Source of the DNA: Pelomyxa schiedti
Lineage: Eukaryota > Protista > Evosea
Direction: 5' to 3'
NCBI GenBank assembly: GCA_020536535.1
Contig: JAHLWZ010000636.1
Location: 124,001 to 188,000, forward strand
Length of the DNA stretch: 64,000 bases
In this document: positions 21,401-35,159 of the stretch, one piece after another
Numbering within the stretch: the stretch's first letter is position 1
Layout: each line of letters opens with the position of its first letter
Program-made: the position numbers and the translations under genes
The notes under the pieces: generated by a model
Told to the model about the DNA's origin: nothing
Databases searched by the model: none
Seen by the model: the letters and a program-made list of their open reading frames with translations, nothing else

Positions 21401-24400
21401 TGGGTTTTGTACTGTCTTCACCCATTTGTCCAAAATTGTGCTACGACGAAATGAGGGGAAAAAAAGATAAAGAGTTGTACCATATAACTTCACCAATGGT
21501 CATGGTCTGGCGCACACTAACTGGGGATGGCTCCAGCTCCCCAGGGTGAAGAACAAGAAGTTGCACATCGTTTGAAGGGGAAACGGGTGGAGGGAGCTCT
21601 GCAGGTGTTTCCTCTGCTGTTGTATCTTTAGGCTCAAGTCTGTTTTTATGTTACAAAATGATAATTGCAATGATAATACAGGCAAGATTTTTTATAGCAC
21701 AGCTCCTCTGTGGATGCGGATCCTCTTGTGTTTAGCCACTCGGCAAGAAGAAGAACAGGTTCCAGACAATACGGCGCTTGTTGATATTGCTGCACTTCCA
21801 ATATGACTGTGGCCTACAGAAGTATGTTGATAGGCTGTATTCCATTGACAACGATGGAAACATACTTGAAGACGACACTTAGTGAAATTCACTTTATCTT
21901 CTATCCAGGTTGGATTTCCTTCCTCTTTCTAAAATGAGATAGGAGAAGCCAGAAGAGGGGAATTGACCTATGAAAGTCAGGTCAGTGAGATAGACTCCAA
22001 GGTAGGGAATGCACGGCTTTTATAAGTGAATAAACAAATCAAAAACTAGGAAGAGAGACTGGATGGATGTTGTGCAGTTTTTGTCGTAGTCGGGCATTAT
22101 TTTTGGTACTCTCCATCAAGTGTTTACAAGAGTCGAAAGTAGTGCTGTGCCATGGAGATATTCCCTAGAGAAATTTAAGGGGGAAAAGGATTTATTGGTC
22201 ATACAGTCCAGGTTTTCTTCATTCTGTGTACTATGCTGTTTGTAAGACCCGCAATAACTTCCATCAGAGCGTTATAGTTTTGGAGTTGTTCAAGATACTA
22301 TGTATTTGGGAAAGGTTGGCAGGTATTGTGGTAGGTAAAATAAAACACACATCAGCCAACTCAATGAAACGTTCTAGAACCCTAATTCTCGTTGGAAGGT
22401 CATCAGCAGCAGTAATTTCTTCATAAATCCACTTGCTTATCTATGACTCATTTGTTGAGGGTAAAAACAAATTCATTCTTTTACCTTATTGAAGTGCTGA
22501 ATCATTTTTGAAACATTGGGAGCTAGGGTTTTATCTTTTTTTGTCCAGGAAAGTCCTATAAGCTCCCAGGGCTTAATCGCACAATAAATACTTTGTTCAA
22601 CAAGTGTCAGTTGCCTTGCAATTTCTTTCATCTTTTGTTTATTTTAATGATGTGAAACTTTTTTTTTTGTGCAATTCAAGTGAGATAAATACATGTAACG
22701 TCTGCATTGAAAAAGAAGTAGATGCATTATATTGTTGTCCAAGAGCAATATCCAGTGGAAGAAGAGGGAGTGGTGGTTGTCTGTCAAAAACTATCTGCTT
22801 TTTTGTCTCTTCACCGCTAACCTGTGTTGTGTGTATTTGAGTTTTCCTTGTTACTTGGCGGGTAGAATACAGCTCTGTTCAATGAATGAAGGACCCTTTC
22901 TGCGGGGTTTTTCATTGCCGCTGAAGTTTCCTCCAGGAATTCTCTCACCCGACTTATTAGCTCAGCCTGGGTGCTACTGTTCCAGAGGCGCTCAATCCAG
23001 GTTCTCAAAACATTGAAAACTCTAGTTGTATAAGGCAATGCATACAAATCAAATAATTACCTAAGCCGTATTGGTGTCAGTACATTTTTTGTCCAAGAGT
23101 CCATGTCTGCTGGTGGAATGGTGGGATGGTAATTGTAGCTAGATCGGAAGTCAGAACATAAGTTGTATTGAAGAAACAAACCGAGCAATGAGTAGTTCCA
23201 AAAGACGAGCGGGAGGAGTGTGTCCATTGTGAGTGAGCAAGAAATGAAGCATGAAGTGAAGATCTTCGCCACCATTTTCTGAGGTTAGTCGAATAACAAG
23301 ACCCTCGACTGTGCCCAGTTTCACCAATCCATTATGTTCTACGACACATCTGCACATGAATAAATCTCATTGTTGAGAGTTAAGAATTGCGGTGCTATGA
23401 ATGGGTTTTATTTTTGAAGAGGATTCTTTGTACGACTTGCCCAAGTTTTCACAACTGATTGATGGGGAAGAAGTTCTCAATTGGTCTACTGAAGTCGATA
23501 TTTCACTGCCATTTGGAGCTCCCATAGTACCCTCCTGCGATGTCGAAGAGGCACTGGATCTATCTTCATTGTTGCCAGTATTTTCTACGTTTGTATTGTT
23601 TGTGTCACTGCAGGTTATTTGGGGTTTGCGTAGTGGTGATAAAGCATTTCTATGAGCACTGACCAGAGCGGCTTTGGATTCATTCAGTGCCCGGGCTGTT
23701 GGTACTGCAGCCCTTGTTGACCTCACAAATGAGTTGGATGTTGTAGCGGTGCTGCTTGATGATGTTAGAGAGCCGTTATTTGAAGAAGTGCCCTCTGCAC
23801 TAGCGCTAGTGGGTGGCGTTGTGCCTGGTTGTACTGTTGCCTGCGTTGTGCCGCCAGAACTTAGAGACGGGGGAGGTGACTTTGGAGAAAGAGGGGGTCC
23901 ATTTGTCACCAAGCTTCCGTTCGCCGAATTTTGTGTGGAACTCGATTGAGCTGTTGTGGTTGTGGGCAGTGGTGTTACATCAGGAGTCGATTTCGGCTTT
24001 TCATTAGCAGCAGCTAGAGGAATACTCACTGGGGGAGTGGGTACGGGCCTGCCAGTCACCCCAGTGCCATTGCCACCATTACCATTACCATTACCACTAC
24101 CACTACCATTACCATTAGCATTAGCATTCCCATTGATGCTTGTAGTATTACTTTTTTCTTTTTCGGGCTGCGGTTGGGCAGGTGCCACTGCCTTGTTCTC
24201 CACTTCCCTGCTTGTGGCCGTTGAGGACGAGGGCGGTGAATTCAGTGCAGGAGACGACGACTGGGACGGGGACGACGGGGACGAGGAAGAGGGCTGAGAC
24301 TGGGGGAGTATGCTACTAGGTGGCTTGGTCAGAGGGGGAGCGGGCCTCTGCTTGATGGTGGAGGCCACGGACTTGGGCACCCCGGGCAGCTGCCTCCCCG

Positions 24401-24932
24401 TCGTCGGCGACACCGACCCTGGCCCAGAAGTGGAGCTGCCGTTGCCATTCCCGTTCCCGTTACTGCTGTTGCTGTTGCTGTTGTTGCAGCTATTACTGCT
24501 GGTGTTGCCGTTGCCGCTGCCGTTGGTGGTGGGCGCCCCCACTGTGTCGGTGGCCTCGTCGGCGGCACCCCCTCCGACTTTGTTGCTAGTGTTGGTGTTG
24601 GTGTTGGTGTGAGTGTGAGTGATACGCGGGGGCACCGGCGGCTTGTTGGACGCAGACTTGCCGTGTGCACCACCACCAGAAGAGGACGACGGCGTACCAG
24701 ACGACGAGGAGGGGGACGGCGGCGACGACGACAGTGGCTGTGAAGACGACGACGCTGCTGCCGTGTGGTTGGTGTTGGTGGTGGTGTGGGGAGAGGGTGA
24801 AGTATGGGGCGAGGCGCTGGGCTTGGTTTTGGACGACGCGCCGTGTGTGGTTGATGTTGGGGGGCGGGTGCTGCTGGGAAATGGGTTGTGGGTGCTGGTG
24901 ATGGTTGGGCTGGCTGTTGTGGCCGTTTTCAT
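18475..24932 (-). CDS. RasGEF (REM + CDC25) - PH - RhoGAP multidomain protein with Ser/Thr/Pro/Asn-rich termini, multi-exon
   Basis: REM: GTVEGLVIRLT...FLLTH...LLELLIARF, RVFNVLRTWI. CDC25: NYNALMEVIAGLTNSIVHRMKKTW, PCIPYLGVYLTDLTFI. PH: GYMNKF...KRRWLVVMDSFLLCY. RhoGAP: FGIDMKVI...VPPVMREVLNCL, KLYLAELPEPLL, VASIFGP. A continuous GT-AG path could be traced across the 20.7-21.0 kb junction. Confidence 0.8.
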
Positions 24933-25143
24933 CGCCCTAAAAAATTAAAATTTGCCGTTTTATTTTTTTGTTCAAGGCTGTTAGCCAAAGGGACTGGCTG
25001 TAATTCTCCCGCGGTGATTTGCGTTCAAAGATGAAGCCGATCCAAAAACAGATGTTTTGTACGTAACAATCACAGGGGTTTTTTTGTGGGGGTAAGGGCT
25101 TGGGGATGCTTGTACGTCCAGAAAAACTCGAGAGCTTTGGTTT

Positions 25144-26460
25144 ATAAGGCTCCAAAATCGCCTGATATTGGCCTTGTAGATTGATGGTGGGTTAGCTATG
25201 GGAGTGGAAGGTCAACCCTTACTTGGATTCAGCCAGTTTTAGCCGTGGCAGATACAACGCTGGGCCCTCTGCTTGGTGGCCTGTGACCTTCTCATAATAG
25301 GGTAAATCTGGGTGGTTGTTTTCGCTGCTAGTGGAGTTGATGTAGTAGAACCGGGTAATTTCCGTTGCAGCGGTCACAGTGGGATGCGTTTCAGCAGAGT
25401 CTGCTGGCTGGATTGGTGTGACTCCCTCTGGGCCATAATTCAGCGGGGGATTTGGGCCACTCCCAGTGTAGGCAATGACATATCTAGAGGCAATCTCGTA
25501 TCCCTGTGAGTTGAGGTTTTCAAAGTCCGTTGAGAACCGGGTTCGGTTGAGTTCAACTGCAAAAGTCGAGTGTGTCAGGGAGCATAGAAGAGTCACAACT
25601 CGGTGGGCAAAGAATTTGTGATTCATGGTAAGAAGGGATGTGATCCGGTTGATATAGAATAAAAGTGTGGCGAGCAAGAAAATAAATACAGGGTTGTTGT
25701 ACACTTGTGGTGGAATGTGGAGACCTGAATCGTGAAGAAATGAGAGCTGAGTATGTAAGTACAAAACCTAAACTTCGTTTTAGGGGAAAGAGACAGCGCA
25801 TGCTTAGAAACCATATACTCGGCACATATGGTATGGGTATCTGAGTAATTGAGGGATTCGTCACGGAACCGTTTGTAGTAAGTTTTATAGTGAGGTTCCG
25901 TAGTTGATGCACACCTCATAACAAAATTGCTGTGTCAAAGAGTAAAGTCAATAAAATAAGTACCTCTTTTCAAAAGAAAAGCAAAAAAAGGCCATACGCG
26001 GTTTCATCATAGATGTGTTTCCAAGTTGCCTCCCTACATACAGTAGGCAGTCTTTCTTCCTGCACTGGGAATGTAGGAGGATTGCACATTGCACATTGAC
26101 ACATGGAGTCCTGATCCACAGGACACGCCCCGTGGTCGCGCTGTACCCCTGGGCACCTGCACAACAAATTGCATGCCCTCTCCAATTCATTCAACAACTT
26201 CCTCCCAGGACTAACATGGTCAATTAGCCGCCAATCGCCAGAAACACAAGTTGCACATACAGCACCCCCCCCCCCACCGCCACAATTACACAGTGCGACA
26301 GTTAGATCACAAACCATTTGGCGACTGTCACCGGGGAGCCTCTGTCCGCCTGTAGGTTCTCTCCTGGCTCTTTGCAGTACGCAGCCAGTGCCGACGTGAA
26401 TATAGTAACGGCTTCGTACTTCTTCATGGCTAGGTGCACATCGAAGGTGGTTGCGGCCAT
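25144..26460 (-). CDS. Hypothetical protein, multi-exon
   Basis: MAATTFDVHLAMKK...AKW|CPGVQRDHGACPVDQDSMCQCAMC...DETA|NFVMRCAS... plus a long exon in ORF 25219-25764. No family recognised; the 3' end is uncertain. Confidence 0.45.
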
Positions 26461-26565
26461 TTCGTAGTCCCAACGTTGTGGTTGGTTCCAATAAAGCAAA
26501 GGGGAGTTTCGTGGAAACAACAAATTAGGTTTTGCTTGATTTATTTGGTTACTGAAGGTGTGTTG

Positions 26566-27882
26566 TTAACAAGTGGCAAATACAAGACGCAGTGCCCTCA
26601 AGAACTGCTGCTGGAACCTAAGTGTAGGATGAGAACAAAGGTCAGGGTCAGAAGGGAAAGGGTGGGGGTGCGCACCAACTTCGGTACCAACTCTGTAGGT
26701 TCTGATAGCTTCCCACTTGATTTTTGAGTGTGTGACGGGCAATGCTCTGCGCAGGGCCTTGAAGGATGTTTCACCCATTGTTGTATAGCTTGTATCAAGA
26801 GCTTGGTGGAAAGCTTGCTCCACCTTGATGATGGCTTTCATGGCGTTGGTGGCTAGAGCGGTAGGATCCTATAAGGAAGTTATTAGAATTCCACAGCAGT
26901 TTTTTTCCGGGACTTACTGCAGCACCCGGGGCCGTGCATTTCTTTGTTGTGTCTGTTTGCAACTGAACATTGCCATCCTCATAGTAGTGCACTTGCACAC
27001 GGATGCGTCCGGATAGTTGCATATTACCCGACTTGGCAACAACTACTTTCCACTCCGCACGCCACCTTCCATTCCTTAAAAAAAAAGGATGAGAACTTCA
27101 ATCAAAAGGGGATATGAAAGTACCAAAAGTTGGAAGGACTGAACTTAGCAGAAGATATGCAAACAAAAATAGCATTTTCAGCCCTTGAAGAATATACTGT
27201 AGCTGTCCCATTGGGATAGTGGTCAACACAGTAAGTCAATGCCTGCTTTTCGATAGCGGCACGTGCGGGCTCCAGGTCAGGTGAAAGTTCGCCTGAAAGA
27301 GGCCTAGCACTGAGAACCTCCTAGTGCACGTTGAGGGAGATAGCCTCACGAAGAAGTGAATCTACCTGCTTAATGTGGTCGAACTGAAGAACTTGCTGCC
27401 CAACAGGATCAACATATTCGTTTTCTCCAACTTCACCATACTTGGAAATAAGAACCTTGTTTTTGGAATGGTGTTAGTCGGGGAAAAAAAAAAAACCTAA
27501 TTGAAATCACCTTGTGTGTGCCTCCTGGGGCATCAACTTGAACCATTTGGTCACAATTGTACTCTTTGAAAGTGGCAGCGGCGGTACTGTTCAACAACGA
27601 TTCATTTGGAAGTAAACGTCGCACGTCTGAATACATAGAAAACGAGGGCGTTAAACTTTACGAAAAGTGACGAGATCTCATTAAGTGTTGATGGCCCTTC
27701 GCCGACTCATTACACGTGTGGTGCGTTGCGACAAACGAGAATGACACATGTCAAAACAAAAAAAAAAATGACAGCGCAAACAGACCTGTAACAACATCCA
27801 AGAACTCGCCCGGAGGAGCGTTCATGAGAAACCTTGTGGCGATGTCGACAAGCTCCGCATCCGTTGGTCCGTCAGCAGCCAT
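26566..27882 (-). CDS. CAPZA: F-actin capping protein subunit alpha, multi-exon
   Basis: LMNAPPGEFLDVVT|DVRRLL...FKEYNCDQM, IRVQVHYYEDGNVQL, and SFKALRRALPVTHSKIKWE. Confidence 0.95.
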
Positions 27883-28204
27883 TTTGGGTTTTTTTTTTCC
27901 TTTTCTTTGTAATTTTTTTCTTTCTCCTTCTCCTTCTTCGCTTGTTTTTTTTTCGTTTGAGATCTCTGAACATGTCGGCGTTTGTGATGGTTCAAATTGA
28001 CATTTTGAAGCTTTTTTTGGGTGCGTATTTTCGGTCTTTACTTTGCCTGGTTTTTCATAGCTGAGACCAGTAACAGTCTTCGTTAGCCGTTGGCCGTTTA
28101 TTCTTTGTCTGTTGTAGGGTTTGTATGTAGAAAAAGACAAGTGAAATCCATATCCCACACAGAAGGGTACCTATCAAAGAAGACTTGTAACAAGATAGCA
28201 ACGA

Positions 28205-28832
28205 TCACAGATGATCCATAGAGGCGTCGGTGGGTGCAGCCGCTGTGGCAGTTGAGGCAGCAGAACTGCCGCTGGTAGATGCGGAAGCAAGAAAGCCTGA
28301 TATTTCATTCAGGTGGTCCTGAACTATCATAAGCTGTTCCATAGCTAAATGCAATTCCAGACGTTGAGTGTAGGATGTGGAGTAGACTTCAGGGAGAGCC
28401 TCTGATGTGAATGGTTGATCCAGTACCCGTTGCAGTTTATTATAAATGTCCTTTGTTTTTGGAATTGTAATTAGTACGTGGATAGCTGAGTTGCAAAGCA
28501 AACCACAACGAGACCGTAAAACTTTGAAGGGCAACTCTCAACTTCAACACTTGTAGACTTTTCCCTTTTACTTAACTGGGCAAGCTGAAACCACAAAACA
28601 AAGGTCAGTCAATACGTAGAGATTGAATGAATAATGGAGCAACACCACCGCACGTCCTTTCGGCCACGCTCAGCAGTTCTAGTATCGCCTGGGGAATGTC
28701 ATTAAAACACCACGCCATTCAGGGGATCTACGCGCTCCTTCCCGCTCTCTCACTACACCATCATAATCTCACTGGGCGTACCTGTTCGACTTCAGCCAAC
28801 TCAGCCAAAGATGGGACGCCGGCGTGGGCCAT
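28205..28832 (-). CDS. MED11: Probable Mediator subunit 11-like helical protein
   Basis: LAELAEVEQ|AILELLSVAERT...KFYGLV|DIYNKLQRVL...STSYTQRLELHLAMEQLMIVQDHLNEI. Size and pattern resemble Med11 from memory only. Confidence 0.45.
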
Positions 28833-28924
28833 CTCTACAATGTGCAATATATTTTGTTAATAAAATCAGAAATGGACGAAATGATGGAACATGGCCGGCA
28901 AAGCAATTTTTTTATTTTTTTCGC

Positions 28925-30281
28925 TCAAGGCTTCACAAAAAGACCCTGAATCCATACACGGTACATAGTGATTTTTCTTTTCCTGTTGAGGAGTTCTCTT
29001 GTGTCATAAGCAATGTTTCCAATCGTGAAATTGCAGTCTGTGAAGAATTTCCCTAGGGACTCTGTGTTGTAGGTTGCGTTAGACAATCTGACGGGAATAG
29101 CAAAGCCATCTCACCAATAGAAAAGAAATGAGCAACAGTGCCGTCGCCACGCAAGTAGACATTCTCACTCAGTTTCCTGTTTTTCTTGGAAACAAACCGC
29201 ATCTGGGCAAGGTCGTAGAGCCCATAATCTCTTATGAATATCTTTCCTCCGGGAGCTAAAACTTCCCAGAGGTTGCTGATGACGGTATTGAGTTGATGCG
29301 GAAGTATAGCAGATAATGTGAAGACGATCACTATAACATCAATGCTGTTTCTTGGAATTGTTTCCAGAAGTACTGGAGGCAGGGGCTGCGTAAGGTCACA
29401 CACAAAAGGTTTGCAACGAGAAGAATCGAACTTTTCATGTTTCTATAAAGTTAGGAGCGGGGGGAATGGAATGAGCGCAACTCAAAGAGGTCGCGAACTT
29501 TACCTGGAGAATATCTATGGCCCGTGGAGAGCAATCACATCCAAAGAAGTGACACTCGGGAAGAAGAGCCATTAATGGCAGGAGAGTGTTTCCAACACCA
29601 CACCCTGCTTCAAAAATCTTGAATTTATTTGCTATGGTACTGTCTATATTAACATATCTTAACATCCCATTAACATTAAGCACTTCCTTAGGAGGGGCAA
29701 ATAAATGTAAAAAGAAGAATCCATACCCTTGTGCGAGGAGGCAAAGCCGCTATCTCAGGGAAGCTGTGGGCCAAGTAATTGCGGTCTTTGAAGAACTTTG
29801 CTTCGAAGTGGTCGTAGAAGGTCCGCCAGGACCCGGCCGAGTCGCGCTCGATCTCCGCGAGGCGGTCGGCGCCCACGTCCACGTCGCCGTCGGCCGAGGA
29901 CTCGCGCGCCGCGATGGCCCTGGCCGCCGCCTCGGCCCGCACCACGTCCCACGGTATCTCCGCCCACGTCACGTCCGTCCTCCGCGGCCTCACCCGCTCC
30001 CTCTCCCTCTCCCTCTCCGCCTCCCCGTCCCTGCCCCCGTCGGTTTCCTCTCTCCCGCCCTCCTCCTCGGTGGCTGTGGCAGAAGCAGCCGCGGTTGTGG
30101 TGGTAGTGGTAGCGGTAGCGGTAGTGGTGGTTGCGCGTGCCGACCCACTACTCTCTGATGCTGCTTCGTCGGTTGTGGTGGTGGAGTCTGAGGAGGGCTT
30201 CGTTGTAGAGGTGGTGTGCAGGATGTTCCAGAACACGTCGTGGTACTCGTGGTCCTCCGTGTGCGTGTCGTTGGCTGCCAT
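28925..30281 (-). CDS. METTL2: tRNA 3-methylcytidine methyltransferase, METTL2/6/Trm140 family
   Basis: WRTFYDHFEAKFFKDRNYL, FEAGCGVGNTLLPL, GCDCSPRAIDIL, FVCDLT, FTLSAI, FIRDYGLYDLAQMRF, YLRGDGTVAHFF, and NRKRKITMYRVWIQGLFVKP*. Confidence 0.92.
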
Positions 30282-30494
30282 TGTTCTCTGGTCGGCGGGT
30301 GACTACCTGAGTCAGTCCTAATTTCGTGATTGTGTTTCTGTTTTCGTTCCACTCCATTTGTTTTTTTTTTTTTTTTATTCCTTATTTCGCACAGTGCGAT
30401 CAATTGTACGCACGCGGATCGCTACGCGCTCATTGTCTAGGAATCAGCGGCGCCCACTGCGGTTTGGATTACGATAGGAAATAGAAAAGAAACT

Positions 30495-33400
30495 ATGCAC
30501 TCGACACGCAATTTTGCGCTGCTTGTGGTCGTAGCGGTCGCTGCTACTGTCATTTTGTCGTCTACGGCGGTCGTACGTGCGCAGAGCCACCCGGCCACGT
30601 GCGGCGGTTTCGTTCGCGCGGACAGGGTCGCCGCCGGCGCATCGCAGCATCCAGATCTTACAGCTGTAGTGGTGACGTTGTCTCCGGCGTCGGGCGGTGC
30701 CCCTCAGACTGTGGAGTGCACTCCTGTATGCTACCCCCCTTTTTTTTTTTTTTTTTTTTTTTGCCCCTTCTTCTTCTGGCGCACTGACAACATATGATAG
30801 TTTGGGTATTATGTTTTACCAATTGACGAGAATGTGCGAGGAGTTTATTCCATCTCTATAAACGAACCTACAGGCTGGAGTTTTGGTGTGTCCTTGCACT
30901 ATGCTATCAAAACAAGTTGGTAACTAAAACCAAGCTCCTTCTTCTGTTTCTGTGGATTTCTCCAACCCACATGCCTGTGAAAATGATATTGACTTCTCGA
31001 TCATGGGCTTTGCAGTCACAGGCTCGGTTGTTGCGTAGAAATACCTTTCTTTCTTCTCATTGGGTGGACAGGTAGCTGTTACAAACTCTGATAGGTGTCC
31101 AGCAAGTGTATCCCCTTCAGGAGTCGCCGTGCAGTTACTCACTGAACATGGAAGCATCATCTCACGTATCTTAATAATGAATTTATGTGGGACTAACACC
31201 AGTTGCAGAGACCAAAACGACAAATGGAAATTTTGTTTTCACCGAAGTTCCACCAGGAGTATATACTTTACAGGTTTCCCTTCCCGGCACAAAATTCCTG
31301 CAGGTTTCCCTTCTGATTCCTGAAGAATGTAAACCCTCATTTGATTTGCAGGATACCATGCAAGTGGAAGTGGTGTGGGGTAATGTTGCTTTAGAGAAAC
31401 CATTTGAGATTGTTGGCTTCGATATCAAAGGGACAGTTGCTTCTACTGACAAGGAATACATTGGAGGGGTTGAACTAACATTATACGATTCTACCAAGAC
31501 ACCAGGTACCTTTTTGCTTGAAAGAAAAAAACCAAAAAAATTGTTTTACACTGAACTTTAGTTGCACAAACATTTTCAAAGCAAACCACTGGCGAGTTCA
31601 TCTTTGAGAGCGTTTCTTGTGGTCAGTACACTATAATACCACAGTACAAAAGTGGAGCAACTGTGTACAATTTGAACCCATCTGAACTCCCTATATCTGT
31701 CACATTCGGTTTGCATTTTATTCGCTACTCCCTGATAACACCATCTAGGACGAGTAGTATTAGACAAACCTTTTATTGTTGTGGGCTTTTCTATTTCTGG
31801 TATGCACAAAAAGCTGTCCCTTTTTTTTCATACCGTGTCAGGTCGAGTATTGAACAGTGAACAATCACATGTGGGAATTGAAGGGGTTTCTGTAAGTTTT
31901 GATGGCACACCAGCTGCAACAACAGATTCCGACGGGTTTTTCCTTTTACTTTTTCTTCATCACTTCTCAACCAATCTGCAGAAGCTACACCTTAGAGCAA
32001 GTCACATCTGGCAAGCATGATATTACAGCAAGTCTTCCTCACCATGGCTTTTCTTCAATAAAGGGGTTACACCTTACCCCAAATTCGGGATCTCTTCCAG
32101 ATATTATTGTTTCTAGGTAATCTCTCTTTATCTGATTTGTTGATTGACCTTACTAGTTATGACGTGTGTGGGATTGTTACACTCCATAAAACCCCAGCCT
32201 CATTCAGTGTAACATCTATTGGTGTTCAGCTTTTTTCGAGTTCATCGAAAGCCAAACCAAAAACAATGTAAACATGTCCCTTCACCCACCTCTTTGATTG
32301 ATGCAACACAGCTATGTCAAATCTACTGGTGAATTCTGCTTTGAGAGTGTTCCCAAGGGGGAATACAGAATTGCTCCTGTTCAGACATCCTCCAGTCCTG
32401 TTCAGTTGCTCCCTTCTTCCCTGACAGTGAATGTTGACAAGCCAGTTCTCAACTTGAAATTCACTCAAGTTTCTTCAATTTATTGGCTAATTCGTTCATT
32501 AAACGTTTTCTAGAGTCTTTGGGCAATCTCAGGCCACATTGTTGTTCTCGAACCAGAATCAGCCCACCCCGCTGATTTGAAAATTACTATGTACCCAGCC
32601 ATCATAAAAATCCTTGTACTTTCCTAATCTAATATTAAGGGAAGGACCAGCTTCTGCAACAGCCACCATCACCCCAGATTTCAAGTTTTCTTTTACCGGA
32701 CTTCTGTCTGGTACCTACAAACTCCAAGTTGCCCAAGTTAAGGGCTGCTATTGCTGGTCTGAAAATGAGATCAATGTCAAAGTACTGTGTTCTTCTAATC
32801 ATTCCTCGCCAACTGACATATCTTTTCATTAGGTCTCTAATGGCAATGTGGAGGGAATCACTTTCATACAACATGGATTTTCTGCCAATGTTGATATTTC
32901 CCATCCATCTTCTGGTTGTTCTTCTCTCAATCTTTTTTCTATCTAATATCTCTTCAGTTGTTGCCAGTAACAGTTTAAATACAATTACCAAAAATCTTAC
33001 ACGAGGTCTCAACAGACTTTGTTTACCTTCTACAGGTATAGCAAAATTTTGTTAGGTTATTTCACTGGCAAACACTGTAATTGCAGGTGACTGGTCAATG
33101 ACCCTTAGTTCTTGTGCCCTTTTTGGCAGTGCTCCTTCATTGGGGATTAGTCACCTTTCCTGCCCCTCGTTATCTCTCAAGGCGTCTATGATTCTTGTGC
33201 AAGGCTCTGTGCACTTTGCTGGAATCCCAGGTGGACCTCAAGACCACCCCGTGAATGTCAGAATGTAGTTTACATAAAAGCAATCAAGTGCCTAAATCTA
33301 TTTCAGGGAGAGCATTTTGTCAGATGGTACACCAGAGAAGATGTCTGAGACTAGTGGTTAGTCCACCATTTTCCCTCTGACTTTTCTTTCTATTCTCATC

Positions 33401-35159
33401 TTTCTTCCACATTATAGTTTCCCAGTCAACAGCAACATATTCCACAAGTGGAAAAATTGGGGAGACAATTAGATTTACTCCCCAATCTTCAAAATTACTT
33501 TTTACCCCTCCATCACGCACAATCACCGTAACATCTAATGAATGCCCTGTCACAGTGCTACCATTCGAGGCATCTCTTGGAGTGTATGCGCGAAGTACCT
33601 ACATTGCCACTTCTAACTTAAAATAGGTTCCTACAAGGGCATGTCGTTCCTGCAATGGAGGGAGTGGAAATGACCGTCTCTACACAGGGCACAGAATCTA
33701 CTTTCACTGTTCTTACCGATAAACTGGGCAGCTATTCTGCAGGGCCTTTACCCAGTGGAATATCTTACTCTGTGGTGTGTACCGTTGCTTTTTGAGGTTG
33801 TTTTCACATCTCTAAGTCTTGTAACATGGCTGGCTTCAATTGTGTTCCATCGGGAGACGGAAACTTTCAAATTACGCAATTGATCAACTTAAGGGTTCGT
33901 GTAATGGAACCTGGTGAACCAGCCCAACCTCTTGCTGGGGTTCTTGTTTCAGTCTCCGGCATGCAGTTCCGCAGCAATAACTTTACACTCTCCAATGGAG
34001 CCGTGTTTTTGACTGGTCTGACACCTGGTCAATACTTCATTCGACCTGCTATGAAAGAGTATACCTTCACTCCCTCAACAATGGTACAGCACTTTTCGTT
34101 CCCAGTAAAAACTTAAAAAAAAAAAACCAAATAGCAAGTCGTGCTGGAGGAGGGGAAGGAGGATACTGATGTTTTATTTGATGCCAAGCGCGTTGCTTTC
34201 AGTGTCTTTGGCTCAGTTCATTTCCTAAATGGCGAACCTTTTTCGAATACCGCTGTTTTGGCAACTGCACCTGTAACCACATGCCTATCCCCCATTTTTT
34301 TTCTAATTTGTGTTAAGGGACATACCGAAGAAGCACACACCGACAGCACTGGACAATACCGAATTAGAGGCTTAGTTCCTAATACACCATACACCATAAC
34401 TCTGAAATCAACCGAAGACAAAGGTACGTTTCTTCACTTTTTACTATGTTAATGCCTTGCAAGGAATTTCACATTTGATGCCCAGCAAACACACTCTCAC
34501 TGTAGGACTTTTGGATAGTCATGGTGCTGATTTCATCGTCGTCACGGCACCAAATGACTGCGTTATATCAGGGACTGTTGATGCTTTACCTGAGGTACTG
34601 CAATATCTCACAGTCACCGCCTCTCCAACCACGGGGGCTGGTGCATCTGTTTCTGCATCACTTGGACCAAGTGACCACTTTGAACTCCACAAGTTGAAGC
34701 CCTTCCAAAAATATGACATCAGCGTTTCTGGTTCTGTACCAATGGGCATGCAGTGTGAGTGTTCCCCAATGCCAGCAACTACTGTTTTAGCAGGAGCTGA
34801 TGGGGCAGTGCACAAAACGCTAGAACTGTCTTATCCATGTGTCTCACATTTGGTATGGAGAATCCAAGAGATCTTTTACTTACACTTTGTAGGAAAAGGC
34901 AATGCAAGAAGAACCATCATCACCAATACTTCCTTTATTATTTTCTATTATTGTAGTCATTGCAGCCTATAACTGGACTGCAGTATGTTTCCCTTGTTAC
35001 CTGGAAAATTGGCTGACACCACCCAAGGTAAAACAAAAAGCTTCACAAACACTTCACCGTTTTGGAGTTTCTCTACCAAAATCCATAAATGAAGCAAAAG
35101 CCTACGCCGACAGTTTCGGAAAACGAGCCCCCAGAAGAGAAAAGAAGTTGAGATCATAA
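30495..35159 (+). CDS. NOMO: Nodal modulator (NOMO)-like type I ER membrane protein with tandem prealbumin/Ig-like domains, multi-exon
   Basis: Signal peptide, CGGFV...VECTP|GYYVLPI...PTGWSF, many beta-rich repeats (TDSTGQYRIRGLVPNTPYTI, GLTPGQYFIRPAMKEYTFTP), a C-terminal TM (LPLLFSIIVVIAAYN) and a basic tail. Confidence 0.88.

Noticed and set aside
25623-25919. YYKRF...ICAEY resembling the XRN exoribonuclease region
   Set aside because: The expected downstream W..YY..G..SW motif is absent in all frames.
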